A stretch of 64,000 bases of DNA from Schizochytrium sp. TIO01 (taxonomy: Eukaryota > Protista > Bigyra: Labyrinthulomycetes), in NCBI GenBank assembly GCA_004764695.1, contig SMSO01000033.1, forward strand, positions 496,001 to 560,000, written 5' to 3'. The position numbers and the translations under genes are program-made. Shown one piece after another: positions 44,978 to 58,600 of the stretch; positions within the stretch are counted from its first letter, which is position 1, and every line of letters starts with the position of its first letter. The notes below the pieces were generated by a model. The model was not told the origin of the DNA. It did not search any database and worked only from the letters and a program-made list of their open reading frames with translations.

Positions 44978-46411
44978 ATGGCTCGAAAGAAGCGTCGCTC
45001 ACGCGCAAAAGCAGCGTCCTCTACATCATCGTCACGATTGCCAAGCGGAGGAAGCGTGGGAAGCGGAGGTTTGAGCGATACCAAATTGAGTTTATGGGCA
45101 CAGCAAAGCTTTGCATTTTGGAGCTCTGAGAATTCTATCAAGGGCGCCAAGGATATCAAATTGGCGGCAATTGAAGCTGCTGTGGATAAGGGAAATGTGG
45201 TCCGCGTGGCAGAAATGTGTGCTGAGCGGGGTGGTCTACAAAGTGATTTTATTCGTAGGAAGGCATGGCCTCTTCTTCTAGAGGCCGGAGGAACCGACCC
45301 GGAAGAGGAGGCTGCAAAATCACCAAAAAGAGGTACACCTCGCGCACAATTATTGCATGAATTCCACATGGATATTGAACGCAGTATGTTCCACTTTAGC
45401 TGTGACAAATCGCTACCCAGGGACCTTAGGGTGCTCAAAAGGGAGGCACTCACGGCAATCATCCTGTACGTGCTCAAAGTCGACGCAAGATTACATTATT
45501 ATCAGGGTTTCCATGACGTCGCCACAGTGCATCTCCATGTATCAGGTAACGATATTCGAAAAGCTTCAAGGACAGTGCTGGCAGCAAGTAGGTTACAATT
45601 TGTAGATCATCATCAAAGGGACTTTGGTACTACAATTCAGGTCATGAACCTTTTGCCGTTGATCATACAACACTTCGATCAAAAAGTAGGAGCCACGCTT
45701 CTTCAGGCTGAGGTTGGACCAATGTTCGCTCTCGCGTGGGTTCTCACAGGGTTTGCGCACTCCGTAGACGACCTCGATGTGACCTCGCGTCTCTATGACA
45801 TCATACTGGCAAGTCATCCGCTGCTGTGTCTTTATCTAGCAGCAGCATTAGTGCTTCGTCCTACCACACGAGCACGCCTACTTAAGGTTGCTGAGGAAGA
45901 TTGCAGCATGCCCACAATTCACCATTTTCTACAAAACATCCCACCTCCAACAGCACCCTTGACTGCGAAGAACTCTTGGGCTAAGAGGAATGAGAAATAT
46001 GAAAAAGTGCGCAAGCGTATTGCAGATCGTCTCGCCAGCTCAGGAATGCCAGTCTCAGGCGCTATGTATTGCCCAGAAACCAGACATGAGGAGGAGGAAA
46101 ATTGTGTCGATAATCTTGTTGAGTCTGCCCTTGTAATGATGGCAAGATTACCTCCCTCAAAGCTTGTTAGATTGGGCGAGCGCCAGGACAACCCTATCAT
46201 AATCCCTAAAGAGTCGTCAGCTCGTCTCCCAATGGACACGAGGCCTGCTTGGCAGGCAACTATGCGATGGGGTACACGTCGCTCGCGTGCTCTTCGTTGG
46301 CCAAACTGGGCAATAAGCCACCCCGCAGCTACTACAGCTGTAACTGTAGCAGCAATGGCCATGATGATCGTATTTGTTTGGACCCCTCATGAAACGAAAG
46401 GATTTATGTAA
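44978..46411 (+). CDS. TBC-domain Rab GTPase-activating protein, TBC1D20/Gyp8-like
   Basis: IRRKAWPLLL, DIERS (R finger), LHYYQGFHD (Q finger), FALAWVLTGFAH, RLYD..LASHPL, C-terminal TM anchor. Confidence 0.92.
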   Translation: MARKKRRSRAKAASSTSSSRLPSGGSVGSGGLSDTKLSLWAQQSFAFWSSENSIKGAKDIKLAAIEAAVDKGNVVRVAEMCAERGGLQSDFIRRKAWPLLLEAGGTDPEEEAAKSPKRGTPRAQLLHEFHMDIERSMFHFSCDKSLPRDLRVLKREALTAIILYVLKVDARLHYYQGFHDVATVHLHVSGNDIRKASRTVLAASRLQFVDHHQRDFGTTIQVMNLLPLIIQHFDQKVGATLLQAEVGPMFALAWVLTGFAHSVDDLDVTSRLYDIILASHPLLCLYLAAALVLRPTTRARLLKVAEEDCSMPTIHHFLQNIPPPTAPLTAKNSWAKRNEKYEKVRKRIADRLASSGMPVSGAMYCPETRHEEEENCVDNLVESALVMMARLPPSKLVRLGERQDNPIIIPKESSARLPMDTRPAWQATMRWGTRRSRALRWPNWAISHPAATTAVTVAAMAMMIVFVWTPHETKGFM

Positions 46412-46683
46412 CCAATAAGCACTACCTACCAAAATTATACATTATGTTCAAGTGATTTATGTGGTCTTATGTTTTCTGCGAATTTTCGGCTTGCAATAAC
46501 TATGCCCAAGTTAAGAAAGGGAGCATAATAACAAATCAATAGTCACTCATTTATTATTACCCCCCTCTCCCCGCTCGAAGTTCAAAGTTGAGATAGAAAT
46601 ACATGAAACATGTTTATTTTATTTTTATTGAGAATTCCCAGTGCTCAATTCAGGAAAAGAAAAGATGATAAAGGAATGCTTGA

Positions 46684-49600
46684 TTAGGTTTCGAGAGATA
46701 GAACAAGCGCTGCTCCACGCATGGTCCAATGCGAAGGACGATGTTCCTTTGATGGTAGTGAAATGTACATAACAAATTGCCGGCGGTCTGCATAGTGATA
46801 AAGTGGCGCTTCATATGGCCCAAAAGGACCATACTCTGCTCCATTCCTCTTTGAAGCTACTTTGTTGGCTGCAGTTATATGTAGCACAGGTAAGCTCACA
46901 GAAAGTATCTTCGGAGCAGCCTCTTCGAGAGTCTGTTCAGGAACATTCCAACCAGCGCCCTCCAAAAGAAGTCCATGAATATAAGCACCTTCTTTTGGTG
47001 CCGTGCGCACATGACTGGCCTCAGTAAAGCTTGTCACTTGAGTGACAAATTCTACGTTATCCAATGTCCAGAAATCTTCTGCATGTGCCCGCGTAACCTC
47101 TTGCTTGACAGCAGTTAAAAATGCTTGTGGTCTTGCAAAACCTCCAATCCACATACACGCTGGAGCACCCTGCTCGAGCCAACCGATGAACTGTTCAACA
47201 CGATCTTGATACCCTGTAAGCCATCCATTTATGGTGGAGGCTCGCCAGCTTTGTCGTGCCCAACTTGATGGTACTTTTCCTAAGTAAATTGCATCATGGA
47301 TCTCTGATAATTCATCAGTCATGGACGCAAAGCCCTTCAACGCAGCGACTAACTCTCGGAGGGATGATGACACGAGAGACATGATAGCACGTATATGTGC
47401 AAGCTCTTGGGCAAGAACAACATTACGAGGAATGCTAAGCCCGCCCAGGCGCTCAATTTGTTCAAAGCTTGTAACCTCGGATGGGATCTTTGGCAGCTCT
47501 TCCAAAAGGTTTTCTGCCTTGCCTATCACCGCTGTCTCTGAAGTGACCTCTCCGCCTTCAGGGGGGGTCTTAGCAATGCTCTTTGGCTGCATAATCAATA
47601 TAGATTCCAAGAGTCCGCGGGATGATTGTGCAAGAGAACTCATCTGAGCGTTTGCATGAAGCCCAAGCAAGTCGGCAGGATCTTCACCCTCTGGAAATGA
47701 TGAAATCACAGTCATGTATTGCTCGAGCTCAGGATAGTCAGGCACATCATAAGCATAGATAGCACCACTGGACAAGCTTCGTACTTGACCTAAGCTAGCA
47801 CCTGGATTAAGCATAGTCTGCTGTAAGTAGAACTCTGTGAAAGCTCCCATAAGACGACGATCAACATCATCTGTCACAGAAGCCCCCATTTGCACCTCAG
47901 ATACCATAAATTGAATTGCTGGCCATGAGACCTCGGTGTTGCTGAATAGATGCCGCTCTATAAACGAAAGCGATGCTTGTAGATCTCCAACAGTAAACTG
48001 GTAAGGGATAGTCCAGCCAATTGGGCCGACACGGCGCCGCTCTTGAACTACAGCATGCATAAAGCATGTGATGTACAGCATTTTACGCCATACATCAGAC
48101 TCAACTCGCTCAATGCGCTCCTGATCTACAAGCTCAGCATAATAACGAGCCATCGAGGCTTTAACACCTGCTGGAGGCTCGTTTGTGACCTTTAGAGACC
48201 TTTGAAGCAAAGATGCAGGAAACTGCTCGTGTGGTTCTGTGGTAATAAATAAGCGAAACTTTGAGTTCACGGCGAGACGGTCTTCCGGATTGGTGCTATC
48301 TGTATTCGAAGCATTTGTTGAAAATGCCCCTCCTGCAACTGCTGCTCCAGAAACGGTGCTCCCAGAATTATGAGTCTCGGACGCTGTGCCATCTTCATCT
48401 TGTGCCTGGCCTACCATTGCGTTTTCTACCTTCTCGAGAATTCCGTTCAAAGCTTCCATGAACGGAAGATCAAGATGTCCATTCTGCAACAGAACCCAGT
48501 CTCCATGAGCAATTGCGGTACCTAAAGCCTTAAGTGCAACAGGCCCTTGACTTGCGCCCATTGAAACACATGTTAGACGCTGCTTACGGCGCTTACAGAA
48601 AGACTCCAGAGCTTCAGTAGGATCACCGCCCGTGCTGAGCAAATACATCACAGGGATGTGAGCATCTGTTTGTCTGAAAATACTATCCATTGTAACATTT
48701 GGATTCCGAATATAAGCTGGTCCCAAGAAGGGGTGAAGGTGTCCATGAGACTCAATCGTCTCACTCTTGGCAACAAAATTGCGTGCAGCCAAAGCGAAGC
48801 GATCTTCTCGCAGTGCGCGAACAAGAAGCAGCCTATAAAAGTCGCCAACCATATCTGCAGCAAGCTTACTCTCATAGTCCGGGATTTGAACTTGCTCAGG
48901 ATGATCACTTTCCCACCATCGGTGCCATAAAGACTCTTTCTCGACTAAATGAGTGGGCAATGAAGAGAAGAAAGGTACAGACTTTGCTAGTGCTAAGGCA
49001 TTAAAATAACCACTCTCTGGGAGCCACGCCATTGGCTTGGGAGGTACGCTTGACGTTTCAATGTCAGCTGATCCTCGTAAAAGTACGTCAAGCATCTCGT
49101 TTTGAATAACCCCGCGGTTTACCAAGCAGCGTAAGCAAACAATTAGCACAAATACAAGCTTGTCCTTTTTGAAGAGGCCCTGGCTTACGTACCGGAAAAC
49201 GGAAATCGTCAACATATGAATGATTGAAGAAACCCGTCGAACAATTGTGTTATGCCTCTCTGCAATATCCATTGCAAACTTGAATAACGTAATGAACTGC
49301 TCAAGCCCTGTTTGGTACATAGGGTTCAAAGAACTCATAGCCACAATACTAAAATATAATGCAGTACCACGTGCCGCAACAGCCCTGTACTGTTCACGTT
49401 TTTCGTAAATTGAAACACGCGTCTCTGCAGCTGTTTGGAGCTTCTCTTTGACTTCTGTTGCAGCCCTTTTTGTACCAGCCAAGACGGATACCAAAGCGTC
49501 ATCATCAAGAAGATTTCCACTACTCTCCGTAAGACGCTCCAAAAGTTCATCGTTCAACATGTGAAGTCTGCGTGTGTTATTCGTGACTGATGACAATACC

Positions 49601-52600
49601 TCTGAAAGCTGTTCCTCCAGAGCACGTTGTTCTTTTTGGATAACTTGTCCTAACAATTGATCTTCGAGCCCTTCCATGGTTACTGTAAAATCAATTACAG
49701 TAGTTTTCGCTTGAAGTTCAGGCGCAAAGCTACCACGCGCAAGATTTGTAATCAAAAATAATGAAAACCCTGCGTCATAATCTACTGGTTTGTCTGATAT
49801 AACAATATAATTCGCTCGTGCACGTGAGATGATCAATTTGTCTAGAACAGGATCTAGTATTGGATCTACATCTTCCTGCACGTCTGTGACAACAAGACTG
49901 TATCCCTTCGACAAACAAAACTCTAACTGCTCACGGAATCGTGGATGTTGCATGGTTGTTGTACCGAAAGATGGCAGGCGTGAAGCTTCGCGCTTACGAA
50001 TCCATTGTAAAGCTTGACCCTGAGGGTCAATGAGCAGGGGATACCTCATGCTTTGTGTTACCAAAACTCCATTCTCTGTAGAAAGAGCGTCCATGGGTAA
50101 ACCCTGAGAACCAAAGTCAGCTATTGTGACAGGATCTGTGAGAAAGGCTAACAAATCAAACCTGTTGGCGTTTGAGTCTATTGTCACAGGAACCTTGCGC
50201 TTGAGGAGATCAGGCACGAAACACTGCTGCGTAAGTGTGACACGAAATTCCTGATTGAAAGCACCACAATAGGATAGAAACGCACTTGCTACAGCACAAT
50301 CACCCACAAGTCGTTTCTTTGACTCTGCGAAAGCTTGAGCATCCTGACCCCAGCGCTCACGCTCATCCTTGAGTCCTTCTATTAGTGCAGTAGCTTTATC
50401 CATTCGTGCGCGACTCCGTCGAGTGCCATCTTCGATTTCCTGTTTCTCTGCCATTTGTGCCTGAAAACGCTCTTGAAGTTCTTCTAGTTTATTCTTGCAA
50501 CCCTGCAACTTTTTTTCTGCATCTGCAAGTTCTCCAAGAGCAGCCTCCAGCTTTGCCTCTGCAAGGCCAAGCTTTTCGAGTTTCGGTTTAACAACCTTTG
50601 ATGCGCTATGATATTTGACCATTGCAATGACCCACGCGCAGAGGCCTTCACACGCCTTACTTGCGTTGCGCGCAACCACAGGAGAGAAGCCATCGAGCTC
50701 GAGATAAGGCATTAGCAACTCAATAGTCTCGTCATTGATATTATCTTTCTCCTCCGCTGAGAACCGAAACAGACTCTTCAGGAAACTAGAATCTGCAAGC
50801 ATAGTTTTTTGACAAAGAGTATAAGAGTCTTGTACGAAACGAATCTCTTTTTTGTCTTTTCCAATACCAATATTGACCTTACCCAATGTCACAGGCTTGA
50901 GCTTGAACATGCGAAGAATCATAACTCCATCAAAGGTCAGCTTGATAATGTCTCCCGGCTTGGGAAGCTTTTTAAGTTCGTTCAAATCACCAGGTTTAAT
51001 GGAGTTCACAGCCTGCTCAGCTTCATCAAGAAATGGCTGGGCTGCTTTTAAGTCCTCTTCAGCAGCATTCTTTTCTTCAGTGATCAAAGCAGCTTCCGCC
51101 TCGCAGGCGAGTTTGATTCTGCTCACAGAATCTGCTTCTTTTTTAGCCTGTAAAGAAGACTGTTCCAATGAACTAATCATATTATTGCAGGCTTGTTCTG
51201 CTGCACGAAGTTTAACTTCCTCTTGAGCTAGCACAACCTTGAGTTGCTCAACATCGCTTGCTCCAGTAGCTAATTTCTGTAAGCCTATCTCCATACGCTT
51301 CTCCTTATGGATTAGTTCGTCAAGTCGAAGCGAGTACATACCTTTGAATTGATCTAAATAAGACAAAAAGGATTTTGGTGTCATATGAATGCTGGCACAA
51401 AGTTGATCATTATAGCGACGAGCTTGCTGTTCCGCAAGCGAATGAATTGCACCTGTATGCGCAATTAAAGAAGCACGAACAGCATCGCTACAAGTCATTT
51501 CGAACTCTAGGAGATGTTGTTCAGCTACGGCTTGTAATGCTTCCATGGGCCACGGAAGGAACCAATCAATGTACGACTCTGTGAAGATAGAAGGGAACTG
51601 ACGTGCTCTTTCGTTGTATCGTGGATGAACAGGAGACATACACAGGATTAAGTGTAGATTATTCCGAATCGAATCCACAAAGAACCTTGTGAGGTTTTCT
51701 GGAGTATCAACAAAGCCTGGTTGTTCTTTCACAGCGATAGCCCGAGCATCAGAAGCCATAACCGCGAGTTCATCTTTGGGGAATAGAGAAACAATTTCAC
51801 CACTCGCGAGGAATGAGTTAAATATCTCAAGAAAAGACTCTTCGCGAATCTCAGATTCTGTCACGAGAAAAACCACAGATTTTCGCTCTTTGCCTATAAC
51901 ACGGTACAAGGTGCGCATGTCTTCCATAAGAGCGTTGCGATTATAGGCTTTGCTGAGTCTGATTTGAAACAGATCGTGCTGAGCAATGTAGGTAGCAAGT
52001 TTTGCAATGCTTTGTTTGCCAGAACCACCAACGCCTACCAACAACAAATTTCCACGGGGCAGGCCAAGAACTCGCACCGCCCGAAGTAAATGAGCAAGAG
52101 CATCACGAAACAAAACAAGGTTCATTGCCTTCTCTGGGTTTTCCTCATTGTGAATCTCGAGAAATTCAGATACCCGCTCGAGTACAGCATTCATCGAGCT
52201 TGCAGGCTCATAAATCTGGGGCGCAGGCGCAATAATAACTCCATCTTCATCATATTCAGGATCGCGTAGGAAATTGACGAACTGAACAAGCTCTTTTTCT
52301 TTTGACGCAGCGGACGAAGATGAGGATTTGCTAGGGGTGTCACCATCTTTTTTACTTGACTTTTTCCCACCAGAAGATGAAGCTGATGACGAAGAAGAGG
52401 CTGTATTGCTAACTCCTGATGGCGGGGGTGCTGCTGCGGCTGGTGAGTAATAACATTGTGATGCTGTATCTTTACCCAGCTCTTTCAAGGTCACTTCATC
52501 CGCAATGCCACGCATCTTCACCTTATCTGCATCACAGGTGAGTTTATCGGCAAACACTCGCTCTACCTCATGCCGCCAGGCTTTGTAAATTGTTTTTTCT

Positions 52601-55600
52601 CCGCACTCAATGTAAACTTGGAAAGGAACGCGAAAAACTCCTTGAAAGACGCGACTAAGATCACGAAGCGTAAAGAAATAGTGAGACTTCGAAGGTGTCG
52701 GCAAGAGAACAGCCCTGATTTTACTCCACACGTTGATGGATGCGGGAACAAGTTTATTCGCCATGTTAGTTAGTTTTGTAAGTACTGAGGGATCGATCTC
52801 GCTCGATACTGTTGATGCACAAGCGAAATACCGCTTCACCATGGTTGAATAGATCTCAGTCAGGCTATTTTGATCAGGTAGAGGAACATTCAAAACGAAA
52901 AAGTGTCGCAAAAGACGTGCTGGAACACCCAATTTGGTGACTGAATCGTCCACTTCTGGTGAAGAGGTATCGTCCGACGAAGAAGAGCTAGAGTCTCTCA
53001 TTGAGTGTACTCTTGTCATTGCAGCCATGAATTGAACGTCTTCAATTGTCTTGAAATCACCACGTTTGTCCTTATCAAGAAATGCAAGACTATGAGTCTC
53101 AATTAACTGCCTAGCAAGTTCAAGCGTAGGTTGATCGCCCCACTCGTTGGCCATCGGAAGAGAGAGATCATCAAGAAAGATTGTCATATGCTGACCGTTG
53201 CTTGGACCATATGTCTTTCCACCTCGTTTATCTACCTCACCCTCCACAGCTTCCTGCAGCATACGAGGTGTTGATGAATAGCTAAGTTTGACTGTTTTGA
53301 AAAGCATCGAATCATCTGCTCTCTGAAGAGAGTCTGCAAACATTCGGGCAAGCGTCGATTTTCCAGTTCCTGCTTCTCCAACTAACAATAGTGGCTTTTT
53401 GCGTGCCTCCATTTGACCTAGAACGTAGAGAGATCGAACAGTTTCGGAAGTAGGAATTTGTAACTGAGCAAACCCATTCCGAAAGCGTGACACATGATCT
53501 TTTGGTCCGGACGGATTCCATTGAGGCAGATCCCAAGATGTCCAGTTCGTTTCTGGGAAAGCCAAGCGATAATTAAAGCATGTATCATCTGGATTTGCTT
53601 GATTTGGTAGGACCTCGGAAGAATCAATTGATCGTAAAAGCTTATCAAACTTTCGACGATCCGCTGATTCAATGAGAGCACCAAAAGTCCAAATAAACGC
53701 AAATATAAAAATGCGCTCAAGTTCTTGTTCTGCATCACTAGGTGAATCCGAAAGCTTTGCCTCTGCAATGAAACCTTCCATCAGCTCAAAGGTAGATGTT
53801 ATGAGGGAAGCTCTAGGCCTTGGCAATGCTTTTGGAAACAGCCGAATAAATCCTTGAAAAAAGTCGCAAGTTTGAATCCAACGACCAAAAAGATCACGTA
53901 GGATTGGTCTGTATGCTTCTTGTTGCTTTGATATCCAGCTCTCTAGTACGGGCTGCCAATCTAGATCAGTTTCACTAACAAAAATAATACCTGCTCTTGA
54001 TACAGTTGCTGGTGAAGCATTATCAAGACTCTCTGTTTCAAAGAAAAGCTTCACATTGTCAGACATGGAAATTCGCTCTCCATTTGCAAGAGTTAGAATT
54101 TTGTTATCATCTAGCACAGTGTTCAGGTTTTCTACCCAAAGAGCATCAACAGGACCATCACATATGAGCCAGGTGCGATCCCGACGAGTGCGATCATTGT
54201 GCTTCGCCCAAAGCGTTGCAAACACACCATCGACCCATTCTTGGCTTATAGGATCACATTCGCCAAACATCTCTTGTGCTCGAATGGCTTTGGGGTTCAT
54301 ACGCACAAGCTTTGTTGGCACTGCGTTGACTCTTGTCAACGTCTCTGCAAGAGTTTCCATACAGGCAGACTTGCCAGAGGCTGCTGGGCCTAAAACAATA
54401 ATCCCATGACGGACAAGTACAGTTTCGTGAACTTGGTGGACTTTCCGTACCCAAGAAGGATGCGGTTGCAAGTCATTTTCCGCAAGAACCTGAGTAAGAG
54501 TATTGTCAAGATCTTGGGAGCTCTCTTGGCGACCAATTTCAGCAACTTTTGTATGCATAAGACCAGGAAATAAGTCTTCAATTAGCGACAGAAACAATGG
54601 AACATCTGGGGCAACTAGCTTACTGAGGTTCATATCTCGCAAGGCTAGCATAAGTAGGGTGTGCTCATCTTTGTCTTGGTGATCACGCTTTGTCTTTCCT
54701 GCAGTGCGAAGGACACTCAATATATTCCGAAGGCCAAAGTCATAGTGCTGCTGGGCGCTAAGTTGCTCCTCGCAGCAACGGTAAAGTGTATTGAACTTTT
54801 TGGCTAGCTCAGTAAACTTGGTATACCCTACACTACATAACTTGACTCGAATAATAATCTCTCGATCCGGAACCATCATAGCAACGCTTCGGAAAAGAGC
54901 TTTAAGGTTTTCAGGAAGCTCTTGTCTACCCGCGTAACCAGGATTCATGGTAATAAATGTTCCAACAGAGTGCTTAATACTGATCGAATCTGCATCACCT
55001 GGGAATGTGAGGGTTGCGCTCTGCATGCGTTTTGCGTTGGTGATTGCTAGGACTTGCTGCGCAACAACAGAGAGAACTGGCAATTCGATACGGTTAAACT
55101 CATCAAAACAGCCCCAAATACCAGCACGACACAAACCCTTAAAGATTTTCGCCAAATCAGTATGACGCTGCTGGTCAGAACAATTAATCACCACTACATA
55201 AGTACCTAAAGAACGACCAAGATCCTTGACTGTCTCTGTCTTTCCTGTTCCTGCTGGACCAGCTGGAGCTCCACCAAGATTCATCCCCAAGGCTTGTGTT
55301 AAGCTTATGTAACACCTATCAGTGAGCGGTGTAATGACCAAGCGCTCTTTGCAGCCTAGGTATTCATAAGAGTAGTCAAAGTCCATGTCACAAACAGAGA
55401 CCGTGCACGCTCCGGCTCCGCCAATTCCATCGGTTCCCGAATTCGTCCAATAGAAACGCGCCTGCTTCATCCAGTCAAAATCATTAGGCGATGAAATCCG
55501 ACGGTCTTTGAACATGCGGAAGATATCAGCTGTTACGTCTCGCTGATGAACCTGAATAGTTACAAGAGTTTCAATCTTTTTACGATTCATTGCAGAGCCT

Positions 55601-58600
55601 AAATCCGTCAAACACATTGAAGAAAGTTTGGTTAAAATCGCCAATTGTAGTTTGTTTGTTTCACTCATGATATTTTTATTTGTTCGGCAGTTGACCAAAG
55701 CATTGGTCATTTGCGCAGTCCAATTGAATTGAAGACCAAGAAGCGAGAATTGTGCACTGAATCGATTGATAAACTCCACAAGATCTGCATCCAAGCACTC
55801 AATAGCTGCGGCACGGCAAGTATCTTTCATTGTGTTTCTCATTTCTTGCTCGAGCGCAAGAAGCCACTCCTCGATATGCCCTGTAGCTTGGACGGGGGAA
55901 CTTAACTTGACAACTTCTTCGTCAACACCAACGATGTTCTTCAGCTCTGTGATAGATCGATTATTGTCTGGGCTGTGAGTAACTTGACTAATCGCATCAA
56001 AAATTTTCTCATAAAATGGTTGTACTGCATCAACATCTGAACCTTGAGATAGAATTTGCAAAAGCACAGGGTTAGAAACAAAGTAGAATCGAGGGAATCG
56101 ACTACGCTTTTGTTCTAAGTAGCCTTCCAAACTCTTCTGACAGCGTTCAAGCTCTGTATAAAGGTTCGGTAGAGTGTTTTTCAAGAGATCATTTGAACAG
56201 CTTTGCAGAACGTTCCCAAAAGAGTCCTGCGCTCGATCCATCACACGGTGAAAGTCCTTATCTATTTTTGCAAATTTCTTTGCATCTTGAGGCATCTGTC
56301 TGGCAATATCTCCGCCCATGAAAACGCTCTCCAATGACATCCATAAGGTTTGCACTTTGACCCAGAGTTCTAGAGTTTCACCTGTTTCTGAGAGTTGAGC
56401 AAGAATACCAACGAGTTCTTCCCGAAAAGGAGTTACATACCTCATAGAGAGCATGCTCTGACAGGAAAGCTGAGACTCCTCTAAATCTTCGATAACCTGA
56501 CCAAACCCCTTGAGAACAACACAATCCCGCTGTCTCCATTTTGTAAATTGGAAATGCTCTGCTGCCCATTGTTCTTTAATTTGTACAATTTTCTCCTCAA
56601 TTTCAAGTTCCTTGTCTGCAGCATGGCAAACTTCTTCAATCGATTCACGATTATTCAACATCGTCGGGTGCCATAGCTCCTTAAGACGCCCCGTCTCTAT
56701 GTTAAACTGTTTTCCGGTTAACTTGGTTACCTGAGCCCAGTGTCGAATTTTGATAGATGGCTTAGAAAGCTCTACAAGAAGAGGCAAAACGTTCTGAAAA
56801 TCAGACAAATCATGCCTCAAATCTTTGTACGCATCCCAGTCTCGAAGTTTGGCAGGTAGTTTTTTGCAACGCTGCTCAAACTCTGTCACCCGGCTCGCCA
56901 TATCTCCCACACTTTTTACACAATTTGTCCACAACTGATTGCGATACTTATCCATTGTGTCAACCACATCAATGTACAAGCTGTAGAGCTGGTCTAGGAG
57001 TGCAAGTTCCTTCTTGGTCTTTACAAGATCAGGATATTCTGTTTGTTTGAGTGCAAAAAGATTTTCCCCAGCTGAAAGAATCTCTTGCTTTCGTGCATGC
57101 ACCTCAAACTCAGACTTGAAACGCCGTAGACGCTCCACAGCTTCTTTAGGTTTCAGCCCAGCCACCATTGGACCCTCTGCTAAGTAAGACGAACGAAATG
57201 AAGCAACTTCCAGGGCGAAAGACTTCACATCTCGAGTCAATTGGATCTTGAACTTTCCTTGAATTCCTGCGAGCTGATCTGTGATCTCTTCCGCGAAGTC
57301 ACCCAGCTTGCGCCACGAGCTGCGAATGATGCTTTTTTTGTCCATTTCTTCCTTACCAACAACCCCGGATGGCAAGTAGTGGTCAAGCATGTCGTACATG
57401 TCAAGAATTGGTGTAATTTCTTGTTCAATAGTGGATTCTCGCTCACGAACCTCCTTGAGAACATTCATAACGTACCGCAATGACTCCAGTGAATTTACCT
57501 CACGGCCTACACGTTGTTGGGTTAAACGAATGTATTCAAGGAGTTTCTCCATAGCCTCACTAGCCTGCTGATGCACCTTATCAGAGTACTGGACTTTCCA
57601 TTGCGAAGCCTCTGATTGTAGTTGCAACTTTAGGTTATTTGTGTTCAATGACAAAGCACCAATATTATGAACTCCAGCAATTTGGCGTATTTGGTTTTCG
57701 ATAGAGACAAAGCGACTCAACTCGGCCTCAAAATCTTCAATACTGGGATTTCGATCAATGAACTTTTTATACATGTACTCCATATCATCTTTCCAAAGCC
57801 AATCATAAACAGTGAATTGCGAGAGGTAGTCACTCACGTGGTTTTTGGTCCCCAACAAAGCACCCGTAAGGAGCAAAACCGAGCGCACGATCTGAACATC
57901 CTTTCCAATACGCTCAAAAAAGGAAACACGCTGAATCTCGTTTCCGCTGTCATCTATAATATTGTGACTTGAAAACCCAAGGTCTAGCTGGACACCCTGT
58001 CCCCAATCCCACACTGATTTTGAGCACCACAGGATAGACTGTGCACTTTTATTGATACAATTCTGGACTTCATCAAGTGAGGGAACCAAGCGAACTGACG
58101 GCACGCTTAGCTGCACGTCAACCTCAAAAAAGGGTTTGACTAGATAAAGAAAGCCTGTAGAGCCCTTAGCACAAACCCGTTTCTTGATCGCCGTGAGCGA
58201 GTTTTTTGTTGCTTGTAAAAGACCTTGGTACATCATGTTGTTGTAATGCTTGAGAATATACTCACAGTGCTCGAAGGTGACAGGAGACTCGCGTTCTTTG
58301 AAACTGCGCATTTCCTGGCCACTTGCAAAGTCACTTGCTACCATAGTTGGGGAAAGGGGACCAGCGAATGAATGCTCACCAAATTTGTAATTTCGCACAT
58401 GGGTAATCAAATCTTGTACTGCGGTCTCAATTTCGCGATTTTTCGCGTTGAGAAACCGAGTTTGTTGCTTAACAAAAGCTTCTTGCTTTTGAACAAATTC
58501 GTCCAGCGTCAGCAATCCATCTCCAGTAGGAAGGTCAACAAGGATAGTCTTCCCCACCTTTTTCAAATTCTTCTCGATACGATTTTCGATGATGTCATTC

